From the human T2T-CHM13v2.0 reference genome, Homo sapiens, in assembly GCF_009914755.1 (NCBI RefSeq), contig NC_060928.1: 64,000 nucleotides of DNA; one strand, written 5' to 3'. The notes below the pieces were generated by a model. That model saw only the letters and a program-made list of their open reading frames with translations. It ran no database searches and was not told the DNA's origin. Every line of letters begins with the position of its first letter. Position 1 is the stretch's first letter. Below, piece by piece: positions 17,635-32,800 of this stretch. Made by a program: the position numbers and the translations under genes.

Positions 17635-20600
17635 CCATTCCGTTCTGTTCCATTCCGTTCCATTGCATTCCATACCATTCCATTCCACTCGGGATGTTTC
17701 CATTCCATTCCACTCCATTCCATTCCATTCCATTCCATTCCATTCCATTCCATTCCATCCCATTCTGGTTGATTCCATTCCATTCCATTCCATTTTATTC
17801 CAATCCATTCCGTTCCATTCCATTCCATTCGATAATATTCCACTCGGGTTGATTCCATACCATTCCATTCCATTCCATTCCATTGAATTCCATTCCATTC
17901 CATTCCACTCGGGTTGATTCCATGCCATTCCATTCCATTCCATTCCATTCCATTCCATTCCATTCCATTCAGGTTGATTCCATTCCATTCCATTCCATTC
18001 AATTCCATTCCATTCCACTCCATTCCATTACATTCCATTCCACTCGAGTTGATTCTATTCCTTTCCATTCCATTCCATTCCATTCCTTTCCATTCGGGTT
18101 CATTCCATGCCATTCAATTCCATTCCGTTCAGGTCCATTCCATTCCATTCCATTCCATTCCATTCCATTGTCTTCCATTCCACTCCATTCCATTCCATTC
18201 CATTCCATTCCATTCCATTCCATTCCATTCCATTCCATTCATTTCCATTACACTCGGGGTTGATTCCATAGCATTCCATTCCATTCCATTCCATTCGATT
18301 CCATTCCATTCCATTCTGGTTGATTCCATTCTATTCCATTCCATTCCATTGCATTCCATTCTATTCCATTCCAGTCCATTCCATTCCACTCGGTTTGATT
18401 CCATACCATTCCATTCCATTCCCTTCCATTCCATTCGTTCCATTCCATTCCATTCCATTCATTCCTTTCCATTCCATTCCATTCCATTCGGGTTGATTCC
18501 ATTCCATTCCTTTCCATTCCATTTCATTCCATTCCTTTCCATTCCATTCCACTCGGGTTGATTCTGTTGCATTCCATTCCATTCCATTGCACTTGGGTTG
18601 ATTCCATTCCATTCCATTCCATTCCATGCATTTCCCTTACACTCGGGTTGATTTCATAGCATTCCATTGCATTCCATTCCATTCCATTCCATTCCATCCC
18701 ATTCGGGTTGAATCCCTTGCATTCCATTCCAATCCATTCCACTCCAGTCAATTCCTCTCGGATTCAATCTATTCCATTCCATTCCTTTCCGTTCTGTTCC
18801 ATTCCATTCCATTGCATTCCATACCATTCCATTCCACTCGGGATGTTTCCATTCCATTCCATTCCATTCCGTTCCATTGCATTCCATTCCCTTCCATTCC
18901 ATTCCATTCCATTCCATTCTATTCCACTCAGGTTGATTCCGCTCCATTCCATTGCATTACATTCCACTCGGGTTGATTCCTTTCCATTCCATTCAATTCC
19001 ACTCGGGTTAATTCCATTCCGTTCCTTTCCATTTCACTCCATTCCATTCCATTCCATTCCATTCCATTCCATTCCATTCCGTTCCATGCATTTCCCTTAC
19101 ACTCCGGTTGATTCCATAGCATTCCATTGCATTCCATTACATTCCATTCCATTCAATCCCATTCGGGTTGATTCCATTCCATTCCATTCCATTCCATTCC
19201 ATTCCATTCCATTCCATTCCATTCCTTTCCATTCCATTCCGTTCTGTTCCATTCCGTTCCATTGCATTCCATACCATTCCATTCCACTCGGGATGTTTCC
19301 ATTCCATTCCACTCCATTCCATTCCATTCCATTCCATTCCATTCCATTCCATTCCATTCCATCCCATTCTGGTTGATTCCATTCCATTCCATTCCATTTT
19401 ATTCCAATCCATTCCGTTCCATTCCATTCCATTCGATAATATTCCACTCGGGTTGATTCCATACCATTCCATTCCATTCCATTCCATTGAATTCCATTCC
19501 ATTCCATTCCACTCGGGTTGATTCCATGCCATTCCATTCCATTCCATTCCATTCCATTCCATTCCATTCAGGTTGATTCCATTCCATTCCATTCCATTCA
19601 ATTCCATTCCATTCCACTCCATTCCATTACATTCCATTCCACTCGAGTTGATTCTATTCCTTTCCATTCCATTCCATTCCATTCCTTTCCATTCGGGTTC
19701 ATTCCATGCCATTCAATTCCATTCCGTTCAGGTCCATTCCATTCCATTCCATTCCATTCCATTCCATTCCATTCCATTGTCTTCCATTCCACTCCATTCC
19801 ATTCCATTCCATTCCATTCCATTCCATTCCATTCCATTCCATTCCATTCATTTCCATTACACTCGGGGTTGATTCCATAGCATTCCATTCCATTCCATTC
19901 CATTCGATTCCATTCCATTCCATTCTGGTTGATTCCATTCTATTCCATTCCATTCCATTGCATTCCATTCTATTCCATTCCAGTCCATTCCATTCCACTC
20001 GGTTTGATTCCATACCATTCCATTCCATTCCCTTCCATTCCATTCGTTCCATTCCATTCCATTCCATTCATTCCTTTCCATTCCATTCCATTCCATTCGG
20101 GTTGATTCCATTCCATTCCTTTCCATTCCATTTCATTCCATTCCTTTCCATTCCATTCCACTCGGGTTGATTCTGTTGCATTCCATTCCATTCCATTGCA
20201 CTTGGGTTGATTCCATTCCATTCCATTCCATTCCATGCATTTCCCTTACACTCGGGTTGATTTCATAGCATTCCATTGCATTCCATTCCATTCCATTCCA
20301 TTCCATCCCATTCGGGTTGAATCCCTTGCATTCCATTCCAATCCATTCCACTCCAGTCAATTCCTCTCGGATTCAATCTATTCCATTCCATTCCTTTCCG
20401 TTCTGTTCCATTCCATTCCATTGCATTCCATACCATTCCATTCCACTCGGGATGTTTCCATTCCATTCCATTCCATTCCGTTCCATTGCATTCCATTCCC
20501 TTCCATTCCATTCCATTCCATTCCATTCTATTCCACTCAGGTTGATTCCGCTCCATTCCATTGCATTACATTCCACTCGGGTTGATTCCTTTCCATTCCA

Positions 20601-20838
20601 TTCAATTCCACTCGGGTTAATTCCATTCCGTTCCTTTCCATTTCACTCCATTCCATTCCATTCCATTCCATTCCATTCCATTCCGTTCCATGCATTTCCC
20701 TTACACTCCGGTTGATTCCATAGCATTCCATTGCATTCCATTACATTCCATTCCATTCAATCCCATTCGGGTTGATTCCATTCCATTCCATTCCATTCCA
20801 TTCCATTCCATTCCATTCCTTTCCATTCCATTCCGTTC
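17635..20838 (+). repeat. Near-identical ~1.6 kb tandem duplication within HSat3
   Basis: Identical ORF translations at offset 1609 (18248/19857, 18361/19970, 18524/20133, 18626/20235, 18764/20373); boundaries approximate. Confidence 0.88.
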
Positions 20839-23800
20839 CATTCCATTCGGGTTGATTCCATTCCATTAAATTCCACTGCATTCCATTCCATTCCATTCCA
20901 CTCCATTCCATTCCTTTCCACTCCATACATTCCGTTCCATTCCACCGGGATTGATTCCATACCATTCCATTCCATTCTATGCTATTCCATTCCAGTTGAT
21001 TCCGTTGGATTCCATTCCGTTCCATTCCATTCCATTCCATTCCATTCCATTCCACTCCATACCATTCCATTCCATTGCATTCGACTCAGGTTGATTCCGC
21101 TCCATTCCATTGCATTACATTACATTTCATTCCACTCTGGTTGATTCCTTTCCATTCCATTCCGTCCCACTCGGGTTTATTCCATTCCGTTCCTTTCCAT
21201 TTCATTTCATTTCATTCCATTCCATTCCATTCCGTTCCATTCCATTCCGTTCCATTCTATTCGTTTTTATTTCATTCCATTCCATTCCACAGCATTCCAT
21301 TCCATTCCATTCAATTCCATTCCATTCCACTCAATTCCATTACATTCCATTCTACTCGAGTTGATTCTATTCCATTCCATTCCATTCCATTCCATTCCAT
21401 TCCATTCCATTCCATTCCATTCCATTCGGGTTCATTCCATTCCATTCCATTCCATTCCATTCCATTCCATTCCATTCGATTCCATTTCATTCCATTCCGT
21501 TCAATTCCATTCGTGTTGATTCCATTCCATTCCATTCCATTCCACTCCTTTCCATTCCATTCCATTCCACTCCTTTCCAATCCATGACATTCAACTGGGT
21601 TGAATTCCTTGCATTCCATTCCAGTCCATTCCACACCAGTCAATTCCTCTTGGATTCAGTCTATTCCATTCCATTCCTTTCCGTTCTGTTCCATTCCATT
21701 TCATTGCATTCCATACCATTCCATTCCACTCGGGATGATTCCATTCCATTCCATTCCATTCCGTTCCATTCCATTCCATTCCATTCCTTTCCATTCCGTT
21801 CCATTCCATTCGGGTTGATTCCATTCCATTCCATTCAATTGCATTCCATTCCATTCCATTCCATACCATTCCATTCCATTCCATTCCATTCCATTCCATT
21901 CCATTCCACTCAGGTTGATTCCGCTCCATTCCATTGCATTACATTCCATTTCATTCCTCTCGGGTTGATTCCTTTCCATTCCATTCAATTCCACTCGGGT
22001 TAATTCCAATCCGTTCCTTTCCATTTCACTCCATTCCATTCCATTCCATTCCACTCCTTTCCATTCCATTCCATTCCACTCTTTCCAATCCATGACATTC
22101 AACTGGGTTGAATCCCTTGCATTCCATTCCAATCCATTCCTCTCCAGTCAATTCCTCTCGGATTCAATCTATTCCATTCCATTCCTTTCTGTTCCGTTCC
22201 ATTCCATTCCATTGCATTCCATATCATTCCATTCCACTCGGGATGATTCCATTCCATTCCATTCCGTTCCGTTCCATTCCATTCCATTCCATTCCATTCC
22301 ATTCCATTCCGTTCCGGTCCATTCCATTCCATTCCATTCCATTCCATTCCATTCCATTCCACGCAGGTTGATTCCGCTCCATTCCATTACATTACATTCC
22401 ATTTCATTCCACTCGGGTTGATTCCTTTCCATTCCTTTCAATTCCACTCGGGTGAATTCCATTCTGTTCCTTTCCATTTCACTCCATTCCATTCCATTCC
22501 ATTCCATTCCATTCCATTCCGTTCCATTCTATTCGTGTTTATTTCATTCCATTCCATTCCATTCCACAGCATTCCATTCCATTCCGTTCCATTCTATTCG
22601 TGTTGTTTCCTTTCCATACCATTCCATTGCATTCCATTCCTTTCCATTCCATTCCGTTCCATTCTATTCCTGTTTATTTCATTCCAATTCTTTCCATTCC
22701 ACAGCATTCCTTTCCATTCCGTTCTGTTCCATTCCATTCGTGTTGTTTCTATTCCATTCCATTCCATTCCATTCCATTCCATTCCATTCCATTCCGTTCC
22801 ATTCCATTCGTGTTGATTCCATTCCATTCCATTCCACTCCTTTCCATTCCACTCCATTCCACTCCTTTCCAATCCATGACATTCAACTGGGTTGAATCCC
22901 TTGCATTCCATTCCAATCCATTCCACTACAGTCAATTCCTCTCGGATTCAATCTATTCCATTCCATTCCTTTCCGTTCTGTTCCATTCCATTCCATTCCA
23001 TTCCATTCCATTCCATTCCATTCCATTCCATTCCGTTCCATTCCATTCGGGTTGATTCCATTCCATTTTATTCCATTGCATTCTTTTCCATTCCATTCCA
23101 TTCGGGTTCATTCCATTCCATTCCATTCCATCCCATTCCATTCCATTCCATTCCATTCCGTTCCGTTCCGTTCCTTTCCATTCCATTCCATTCCATTGCA
23201 TTCCATTCCATTCCATTCCATTCTATTCCATTCCAGTCCATTCCATTCCACTCGGGTTGATTCCATACCATTCCATTCCATTCCATTCCATTCCATTCCA
23301 TTCATTCCTTTCCATTCCATTCCATTCCATTCGGGTTGATTCCATTCCATTCCTTTCCATTCCATTTCATTCCATTCCTTTCCATTCCATTCCACTCGGG
23401 TTGATTCCGTTGCATTCCATTCCATTCCATTGCACATGGGTTGATTCCATTCCATTCCATTCCATTCCATGCATTTCCCTTACACTTGGGTTGATTCCAT
23501 AGCATTCCATTGCATTCCATTACATTCCATTTCATTCCATCCCATTCGGGTTGATTCCATTCCATTCCATTCCATTCCATTACATTCCACTTCATTCCAT
23601 CCCATTCGGGTTGATTCCATTCCATTCCATTCCATTCCATTCCATTCCATTCCATTCCATTCCATTCGTTTCCATTCCATTCGGGTTGATTCCATTCCAT
23701 TAAATTCCACTGCATTCCATTCCATTCCATTCCACTCCATTCCATTCCATTCCACTCCATACATTCCATTCCATTCCACCCGGATTGATTCCATTGCATT

Positions 23801-26800
23801 CCATTCCATTCTATGCTATTCCATTCCAGTTGATTCCATTGGATTCCATTCAGTTACATTCCATTCCATTCCACTGCATTCCATTCCAGTCCATTCCATT
23901 CCATTCCATCCCATTTGGGTTGATTCCATTCCATTCCATTCCATTCTATTCCATTCCAGTCCATTCCATTCCACTCGGGTTGATTCCATACCATTCCATT
24001 CCATTCCATTCCTTTCCATTCCATTCCATTCCATTCCATTCCATTCCATTCCATTCCATTCCATTGCATTCCATTCCATTCGTTCCTTTCCATTCCATTC
24101 CATTCCATTCGGGTTGATTCCATTCCATTCCTTTCCATTCCATTTCATTCCATTCCTTTCCATTCCATTCTACTCGGGTTGATTCCGTTGCATTCCATTC
24201 CATTCCATTCCATTCCATTCTATTCCATTCCAGTCCATTCCATTCCACTCGGGTTGATTCCATTCCATTCCATTCCATTCCATTCCATTCCATTCCATTC
24301 CATTCATTCCTTTCCATTCCATTCCATTCCATTCGGTTGATTCCATTCCATTCCTTTCCATTCCATTTCATTCCATTCCTTTCCATTCCATTCCACTCGG
24401 GTTGATTCCGTTGCATTCCATTCCTTTCCATTGCACTTGGGTTGATTCCATTCCATTCCATTTCATTCCATTCCATTCCATTCCATTCCATGCATTTCCC
24501 TTACACTCGGGTTGATTCCATAGCATTCCATTGTATTCCATTCCATTCCATTCCATTCCATCCCATTCGGGTTGATTCCATTCCATTCCATTCCATTGCA
24601 TTCGATTCCATTCCATTCTGCTCCATTCCGTTCGGGTTGATTACATTCCATTAAATTCCACTGCATTCCATTCCATTACATTCCACTCCATTCCATTACA
24701 TTCCACTCCATACATTCCATTCCTTTCCACCCGGATTGATTCCATTCCATTCCATTCCATTCTATGCTATTCCATTCCAGCTGATTCCATTGGATTCCAT
24801 TCCGTTCCATTCCATTCCACTCCTTTCCATTCCATTCCATTGCATTCGACTCGGGTTGATTCTGCTCCATTCCATTGCATTACATTCCATTTCATTCCAT
24901 TCGGGTTGATTCCTTTCCATTCCATTCCGTTCCAGTCGGGTTAATTCCATTCCGTTCCTTTCCATTCCATTCCATTCCATTCCATTCCATTTCATTCTAT
25001 TCCGTTCCATTACATTCGTGTTGATTCCATTCCATTCCATTCCACTCCTTTCCATTCCATTCCATTCCACTGCTTTCCAATCCATGACATTCAACTGGGT
25101 TGAATCCCTTGCATTCCACTCCATTCCATTCCACTCCAGTGAATTCCTCTCGGATTCAATCTATTCCATTCCATTCCTTTCCGTTCTGTTCCATTCCATT
25201 CCATTGCACTCCATACCATTCCATTCCACTCGGGATAATTCCATTCCATTCCATTCCATTCCATTCCATTCCATTCCATTCCTTTCCATTCCATTCCGTT
25301 CCATTCCATTCGGGTTGATTTTATTCTATTAAATTCCACTGCATTCCATTCCATTCCATTCCACTCCTTTCCATTCCATTCCACTCCATACATTCCGTTC
25401 CATTCCACCGGGATTGATTCCATACCATTCCATTCCATTCTATGCTATTCCATTCCAGTTGATTCCGTTGGATTCCATTACGTTCCATTCCATTCCATTC
25501 CATTCCTTTCCATTCCATTCCATTCCATTCCACTCCATACTATTCCATTCCATTGCATTCGACTCAGGTTAATTCCGCTCCATTCCATTGCATTACATTA
25601 CATTTCATTCCACTCGGGTTGATTCCTTTCCATTCCATTCCGTCCCACTCAGGTTTATTCCATTCCGTTCCTTTCCATTTCATTCCATTCCATTCCATTC
25701 CATTCCATTCCATTCCATTCCATTCCATTCCATTCCGTTCCATTCCATTCCGTTCCATTCTATTCGTTTTTATTTCATTCTATTTCCATTCCACAGCATT
25801 CCATTCCATTCCATTCAATTCCATTCCATTCCACTCAATTTCATTACATTCCATTCCACTCGAGTTGATTCTATTCCATTCCATTCCATTCCTTTCCATT
25901 TCATTCCATGCCAGTTGATTGCATTCCTTTCCATTCCATTCCTTTCCATTCCATTCCATTCCATTCTACTCGGGTTGATTCCATTCCATTCCATTTCATT
26001 CCATTCGATTTCATTCCACTGGTGTTTATTCCATTCCACTCCATTCCATTCCATTCCATTCGGGTTTATTCCATTTCATTCCATTCCATTCCATTCCATT
26101 GCATTCCATTCCTTTCCATTCTATTCCATTCCATTCCATTCCATTTGTGTCGATTCCATTCCATTCCATTCCATTCCATTCCACTGCATTCCAATCCATT
26201 ACATTGCACTCAGGTTGAATCCTTTCCATTCCATTCCAATGCATTCCCTTTCATTCAATTCCACTCGGATTCAATCAATTCCATTCTATTCCATTCCGTT
26301 CTGTTCCACTCCATTCCATTGCATTCCATACCATTCCATTCCACTCGGGTTGATTCCATTGAATTCCATCCCATTCCATTCCATTCCATTCTATTGCATT
26401 CCATTCCATTCCATTCCATTCCACTCGTGTTGATTCCCTTCCATTCCATTCCATTCCATTCCACTTGTGTTGATTCCATTCCGTTCCTTTCGATTGCATT
26501 CCATTCCATTGCATTCCATTCCATTCCATTCCATTCCGTTCCATTCCATTCGTGTTGATGCCATTCCAATCCATACCATTCCATTCCATTCCATTCCGTT
26601 CCATTCCTTTCGTGTTGATTCCATTCCATTCCATTCCACTCCATTCCAATCCATTACATTCCACTCGGGTTGTATCCATTCCTTTCCATTCCAATCCATT
26701 CCATTCCTTTCCAATCCATTCCATTCCATTCAATTCCACATGGATTCATTCTATTCTTTCCATTCCATTCCGTTCTGTTCCATTCCAGTCCATTCCATTA

Positions 26801-29800
26801 GATACCATTCCATTCCACTCGGGGTGATTCCATTCAATTCCATTAAATTCCGTTCAATTCCATTGCATTCCATTCCATTCCATTCCACTCGGGTGGATTC
26901 CATTCCATTCCACTCCATTCCATTCCATTCCATTCCATTCCATTCCATTCCACTCGGGTTGATTCCAGTCCGTTCCTTTCCATTTCATTCCATTCCATTC
27001 CATTCCATTCCATTCCATTCCATTCCATTCCAATCCATTCCATTCCACTCCACTCCGGTTGATTCCATTCCATTCTATTCCATTCCATTCCATTCCATTC
27101 CATTCCATTCCATTCCATTCCATTCCATTCCACTCGGGTTGATTCCATTCCATTCCATTCCATTTTATTCCATTCCATTCCGTTCCATTCCATTCCATTC
27201 CATTCCATACCATTCCACTCGGGTTGATTCCATAGCATTCCATTCCATTCCACTCGGGTTGATTCCATTCCATTCCATTCCATTCCACTCCATTCCATTC
27301 CATTCCTTTCCACTCCTTTCGATTCCATTCCATTCCATTCCACTTGGGTTGATTCCTTCCATTCCATTCCACTCCACTCGGGTTGATTCCATTCCATTCC
27401 ATTCCATTCCATTCCATTCCATTCCATTCCATTCCATTGCATTCCATTCCATTCCACTCGTGTTGATTCCCTTCCATTCCATTCCATTCCATTCCACTCC
27501 ATTCCACTTGGGTTGATTCCATTCCGTTCCTTTCCATTTCATTCCATACCATTCCATTCCATTCCATACCATTCCATTCCATTCCATTCCGTTCCATTCC
27601 ATTTGTGTTGATTCCATTCCAGTCCATTCCACTCCATTCCAATCCGTTACATTCCACTCGGGTTGAATCCATTCCTTTCCATTCCAATCCATTCCAGTCC
27701 TTTCCAATCCATTCCATTCCATTCAATTCGACTTGGATTCAATCATCTATTTTTTCCTTTCCATTCCGTTCTGTTCCATTCCAGTCCATTGCATTAGATA
27801 CCATTCCATTCCACTCGGGATGATTCCATTCAATTCCATTATATTCCGTTCAATTCCATTGCATTCCATTCCATTCCATTCCACTCGGGTTGATTCCATT
27901 CCGTTCCTTTCCATTTCATTCCATTCCATTCCATTCCATTCCATTCCATTCCATTCCATTCCATTCTGTTCCATTCCATTCCGTTCCATTCTATTCGTTT
28001 TTATTTCATTCTATTTCCATTCCACAGCATTCCATTCCATTCCATTCAATTCCATTCCATTCCACTCAATTCCATTACATTCCATTCCACTCGAGTTGAT
28101 TCTATTCCATTCCATTCCATTCCATTCCATTCCATTCCATTCCATTCCATTCCATTCGGGTTCATTCCATTCCATTCCATTCCATTCCATTCCATTCCAT
28201 TTCATTCCATTCCGTTCCATTCCATTCGTGTTGATTCCATTCCATTCCATTCCACTCCTTTCCAATCCATGACATTCAACTGGGTTGAATTCCTTGCATT
28301 CCATTCCAGTCCATTCCACTCCAGTCAATTCCTCTCGGATTCAATCTATTCCATTCCATTCCTTTCCGTTCTGTTCCATTCCATTCCCTTGCATTCCATA
28401 CCATTCCATTCCACTTCGGATGATTCCATTCCGTTCCATTCCATTCCGTTCCATTCCATTCCATTCCATTCCTTTCCATTCCGTTCCATTCCATTCCGTT
28501 CCATTCCATTCGGGTTGATTCCATTCCATTCCATTCCATTCCATTCCATTCCATTCCCTTACACTCAGGTTGATTCCGCTCCATTCCATTGCATTACATT
28601 CCATTTCATTCCACTCGGGTTGATTCCTTTCTATTCCATTCAATTCCACTCGGGTGAATTGCAATCTGTTCCTTTCCATTTTACTCCATTCCATTCCATT
28701 CCATTCCACTCCTTTCCATTCCATTCCATTCCACTCCTTTCCAATCCATGACATTCAACTGGGTTGAATCCTTTGCATTCCATTCCAATCCATTCCACTC
28801 CAGTCAATTCCTCTCAGATTCAATCTATTCCATTCCATTCCTTTCCGTTCTGTTCCATTCCATTCCATTGCATTCCATACCATTCCATTCCACTCGGGAT
28901 GATTCCATTCCATTCCGTTCCATTGCATTCCATTCCATTCCATTCCATTCCATTCCATTCCATTCCATTCCATTCCATTCCATTCCGTTCCACTCAGGTT
29001 GATTCTGCTCCATTCCATTGCATTACATTCCATTTCATTCCACTCGGGTTGATTCCTTTCCATTCCATTCAATTCCACTCGAGTTAATTCCATTCTGTTC
29101 CTTTCCATTTCACTCCATTCCATTCCATTCCATTCCATTCCATTCCATTCCATTCCATTCCATTCCGTTCCATTCTATTCGTGTTTATTTCATTCCATTC
29201 CATTCCATTCCACAGCATTCCATTCCATTCCGTTCCATTCTATTCATGTTGTTTCCTTTCCATTCCATTCCATTGCATTGCATTCCTTTCCTTTCCATTC
29301 CATTCCATTCCATTCTATTCGTGTTTATTTCATTCCAATTCTTTCCATTCCACAGCATTCCATTCCATTCCGTTCCGTTCCATTCCATTCGTGTTGTTTC
29401 TATTCCACTCCATTCCATTCCATTCCATTCCATTCCGTTCCATTCCATTCGTGTTGATTCCATTCCATTCCATTCCACTGCTTTCCATTCCACTCCGTTC
29501 CACTCCTTTCCAATCCATGACATTCAACTGGATTGAATCCCTTGCATTCCATTCCAATCCATTCCACTACAGTCAATTCCTCTCGGATTCAATCTATTCC
29601 ATTCCATTCCTTTCGGTTCTGTTCCATTCCATTCCATTCCATTCAATTCCATTCCATTCCATTCCTTTCCATTCCATTCCGTTCCATTCCATTCGGGTTG
29701 ATTCCATTTCATTTTATTCCATTGCATTCCTTTCCATTCCATTCCATTCGGGTTCATTCCATTCCATTCCATTCTATTCCATTCCATTGCATTCCATTCC

Positions 29801-32800
29801 GTTCCTTTCCATTCCATTCCATTCCATTGCATTCCATTCCATTCTATTCCATTCCAGTACATTCCATTCCACTCGGGTTGATTCCATACCATTCCATTCT
29901 ATTCCATTCATTCCTTTCCATTCCATTACATTCCATTCGGGTTGATTCCATTCCATTCCTTTCCATTCCATTTCATTCCATTCCTTTCCCTTCCATTCCA
30001 CTCGGGTTGATTCCGTTGCATTCCATTCCATTCCATTGCACTTGGGTTGATTCCATTCCATTCCATTCCATTCCATTCCATTCCATGCATTTCCCTTACA
30101 CTCGGGTTGATTCCATAGCATTCCATTGCATTCCATTACATTCCATTTCATTCCATCCCATTCGGGTTGATCATTCCATTCCATTCCATTCCATTCCATT
30201 CCATTCCATTCCATTCCTTTCCATTCCATTCGGGTTGATTCCATTCCATTAAATTCAACTGCATTCCATTCCATTCCATTCCACTGCATTCCATTCCATT
30301 CCACTCCATACATTCCATTCCATTCCACCCGGATTGATTCCATTCCATTCCATTCCATTCTATGCTATTCCATTCCAGTTGATTCCATTGGATTCCATTC
30401 AGTTACATTCCATTCCATTCCATTCCATTCCATTCCGTTCCATTCCATTCCACTCCTTTCCATTTCATTCCATTGCATTCGACTCAGGTTGATTCCGCTC
30501 CATTGCATTGCATTACATTCCATTTCATTCCACTCGGATTGATTCCTTTCCATTTCATTCCGTTCCACTCGGGTTAATTGCATTCCGTTCCTTTCCATTT
30601 CATTCCATTCCATTCCATTCCATTCCATTCCATTCCATTCCATTCCATTCCGTTCCATTCTATTCGTGTTTATTTCATTCCATTCCATTCGATTCCACAG
30701 CATTCCATTCCATTCCATTCCGTTCCATTCCATTTGTCTTGTTTCCATTCCATTCCATTCCATTCCATTCCATTCCATTCCATTCCATTCCATTCCATTC
30801 CATTCCGTTCCATTCCATTCGTGTTGATACCATTCCATTCCATTCCACTCCTTTCCAATCCATGACATTCAACTGGGTTGAATCCCTTGCATTCCATTCC
30901 AATCCATTCCACTCCAGTCAATTCCTCTCGGATTCAATCTATTCCATTCCATTCCTTTCCGTTCTGTTCCATTCCATTCCATTGCATTCCATACCATTCC
31001 ATTCCACTCGGGATAATTCCATTCCATTCCATTCCATTCCATTCCATTCCATTCCATTCCATTCCATTCCTTTCCATTCCATTCCGTTCCATTCCATTCG
31101 GGTTGATTCTATTCTATTAAATTCCACTGCATTCCATTCCATTCCATTCCACTCCTTTCCATTCCATTCCACTCCATACATTCCGTTCCATTCCACCGGG
31201 ATTGATTCCATACCATTCCATTCCATTCTATGCTATTCAATTCCAGTTGATTCCGTTGGATTCCATTACGTTCCATTCCATTCCATTCCATTCCTTTCCA
31301 TTCCATTCCATTCCATTCCACTCCATACTATTCCATTCCATTGCATTCGACTCAGGTTGATTCCACTCCATTCCATTGCATTACATTACATTTCATTCCA
31401 CTCGGGTTGATTCCTTTCCATTCCATTCCGTCCCACTCAGGTTTATTCCATTCCGTTCCTTTCCATTTCATTCCATTCCATTCCATTCCATTCCATTCCA
31501 TTCCATTACATTCCATTCCGTTCCATTCCATTCCGTTCCATTCTATTCGTTTTTATTTCATTCTATTTCCATTCCACAGCATTCCATTCCATTCCATTCA
31601 ATTCCATTCCATTCCACTCAATTTCATTACATTCCATTCCACTCGAGTTGATTCTATTCCATTCCATTCCATTCCATTCCATTCCATTCCATATCATTCC
31701 ATGCCAGTTGATTGCATTCCTTTCCATTCCATTCCTTTCCATTCCATTCCATTCCATTCTACTCGGGTTGATTCCATTCCATTCCATTTCATTCCATTCG
31801 ATTTCATTCCACTGGTGTTTATTCCATTCCACTCCATTCCATTCCATTCCATTCGGGTTTATTCCATTTCATTCCATTCCATTCCATTCCATTGCATTCC
31901 ATTCCTTTCCATTCTATTCCATTCCATTCCATTCCATTTGTGTCGATTCCATTCCATTCCATTCCATTCCATTCCATTCCATTCCATTCCATTCCATTCC
32001 ATTCCACTGCATTCCAATCCATTACATTGCACTCGGGTTGAATCCTTTCCATTCCATTCCAATGCATTCCCTTCCATTCAATTCCACTCGGATTCAATCA
32101 ATTCCATTCTATTCCATTCCGTTCTGTTCCACTCCATTCCATTGCATTCTATACCATTCCATTCCACTCGGGTTGATTCCATTGAATTCCATCCTATTCC
32201 ATTCCATTCCATTCTATTGCATTCCATTCCATTCCATTCCACTCGTGTTGATTCCCTTCCATTCCATTCCATTCCATTCCATTCCATTCCATTCCATTCC
32301 ACTTGGGTTGATTCCATTCCGTTCCTTTCGATTGCATTCCATTCCATTGCATTCCATTCCATTCCATTCCATTCCATTCCATTCCGTTCCATTCCATTCG
32401 TGTTGATGCCATTCCAATCCATACCATTCCATTCCATTCCATTCCATTCCATTCCGTTCCATTCCTTTCGTGTTGATTCCATTCCATTCCATTCCATTCC
32501 ATTCCACTCCATTCCAATCCATTACATTCCACTCGGGTTGAATCCATTCCTTTCCATTCCAATCCATTCCATTCCTTTCAATCCATTCCATTCCATTCAA
32601 TTCCATATGGATTCAATCTATTCTTTACATTCCATTCCGTTCTGTTCCATTCCAGTCCATTGCATTAGATACCATTCCATTCCACTCGGGGTGATTCCAT
32701 TCAATTCCATTATATTCCGTTCAATTCCATTGCATTCCATTCCATTCCATTCCACTCGGGTGGATTCCACTCCATTCCATTCCATTCCATTCCATTCCAT

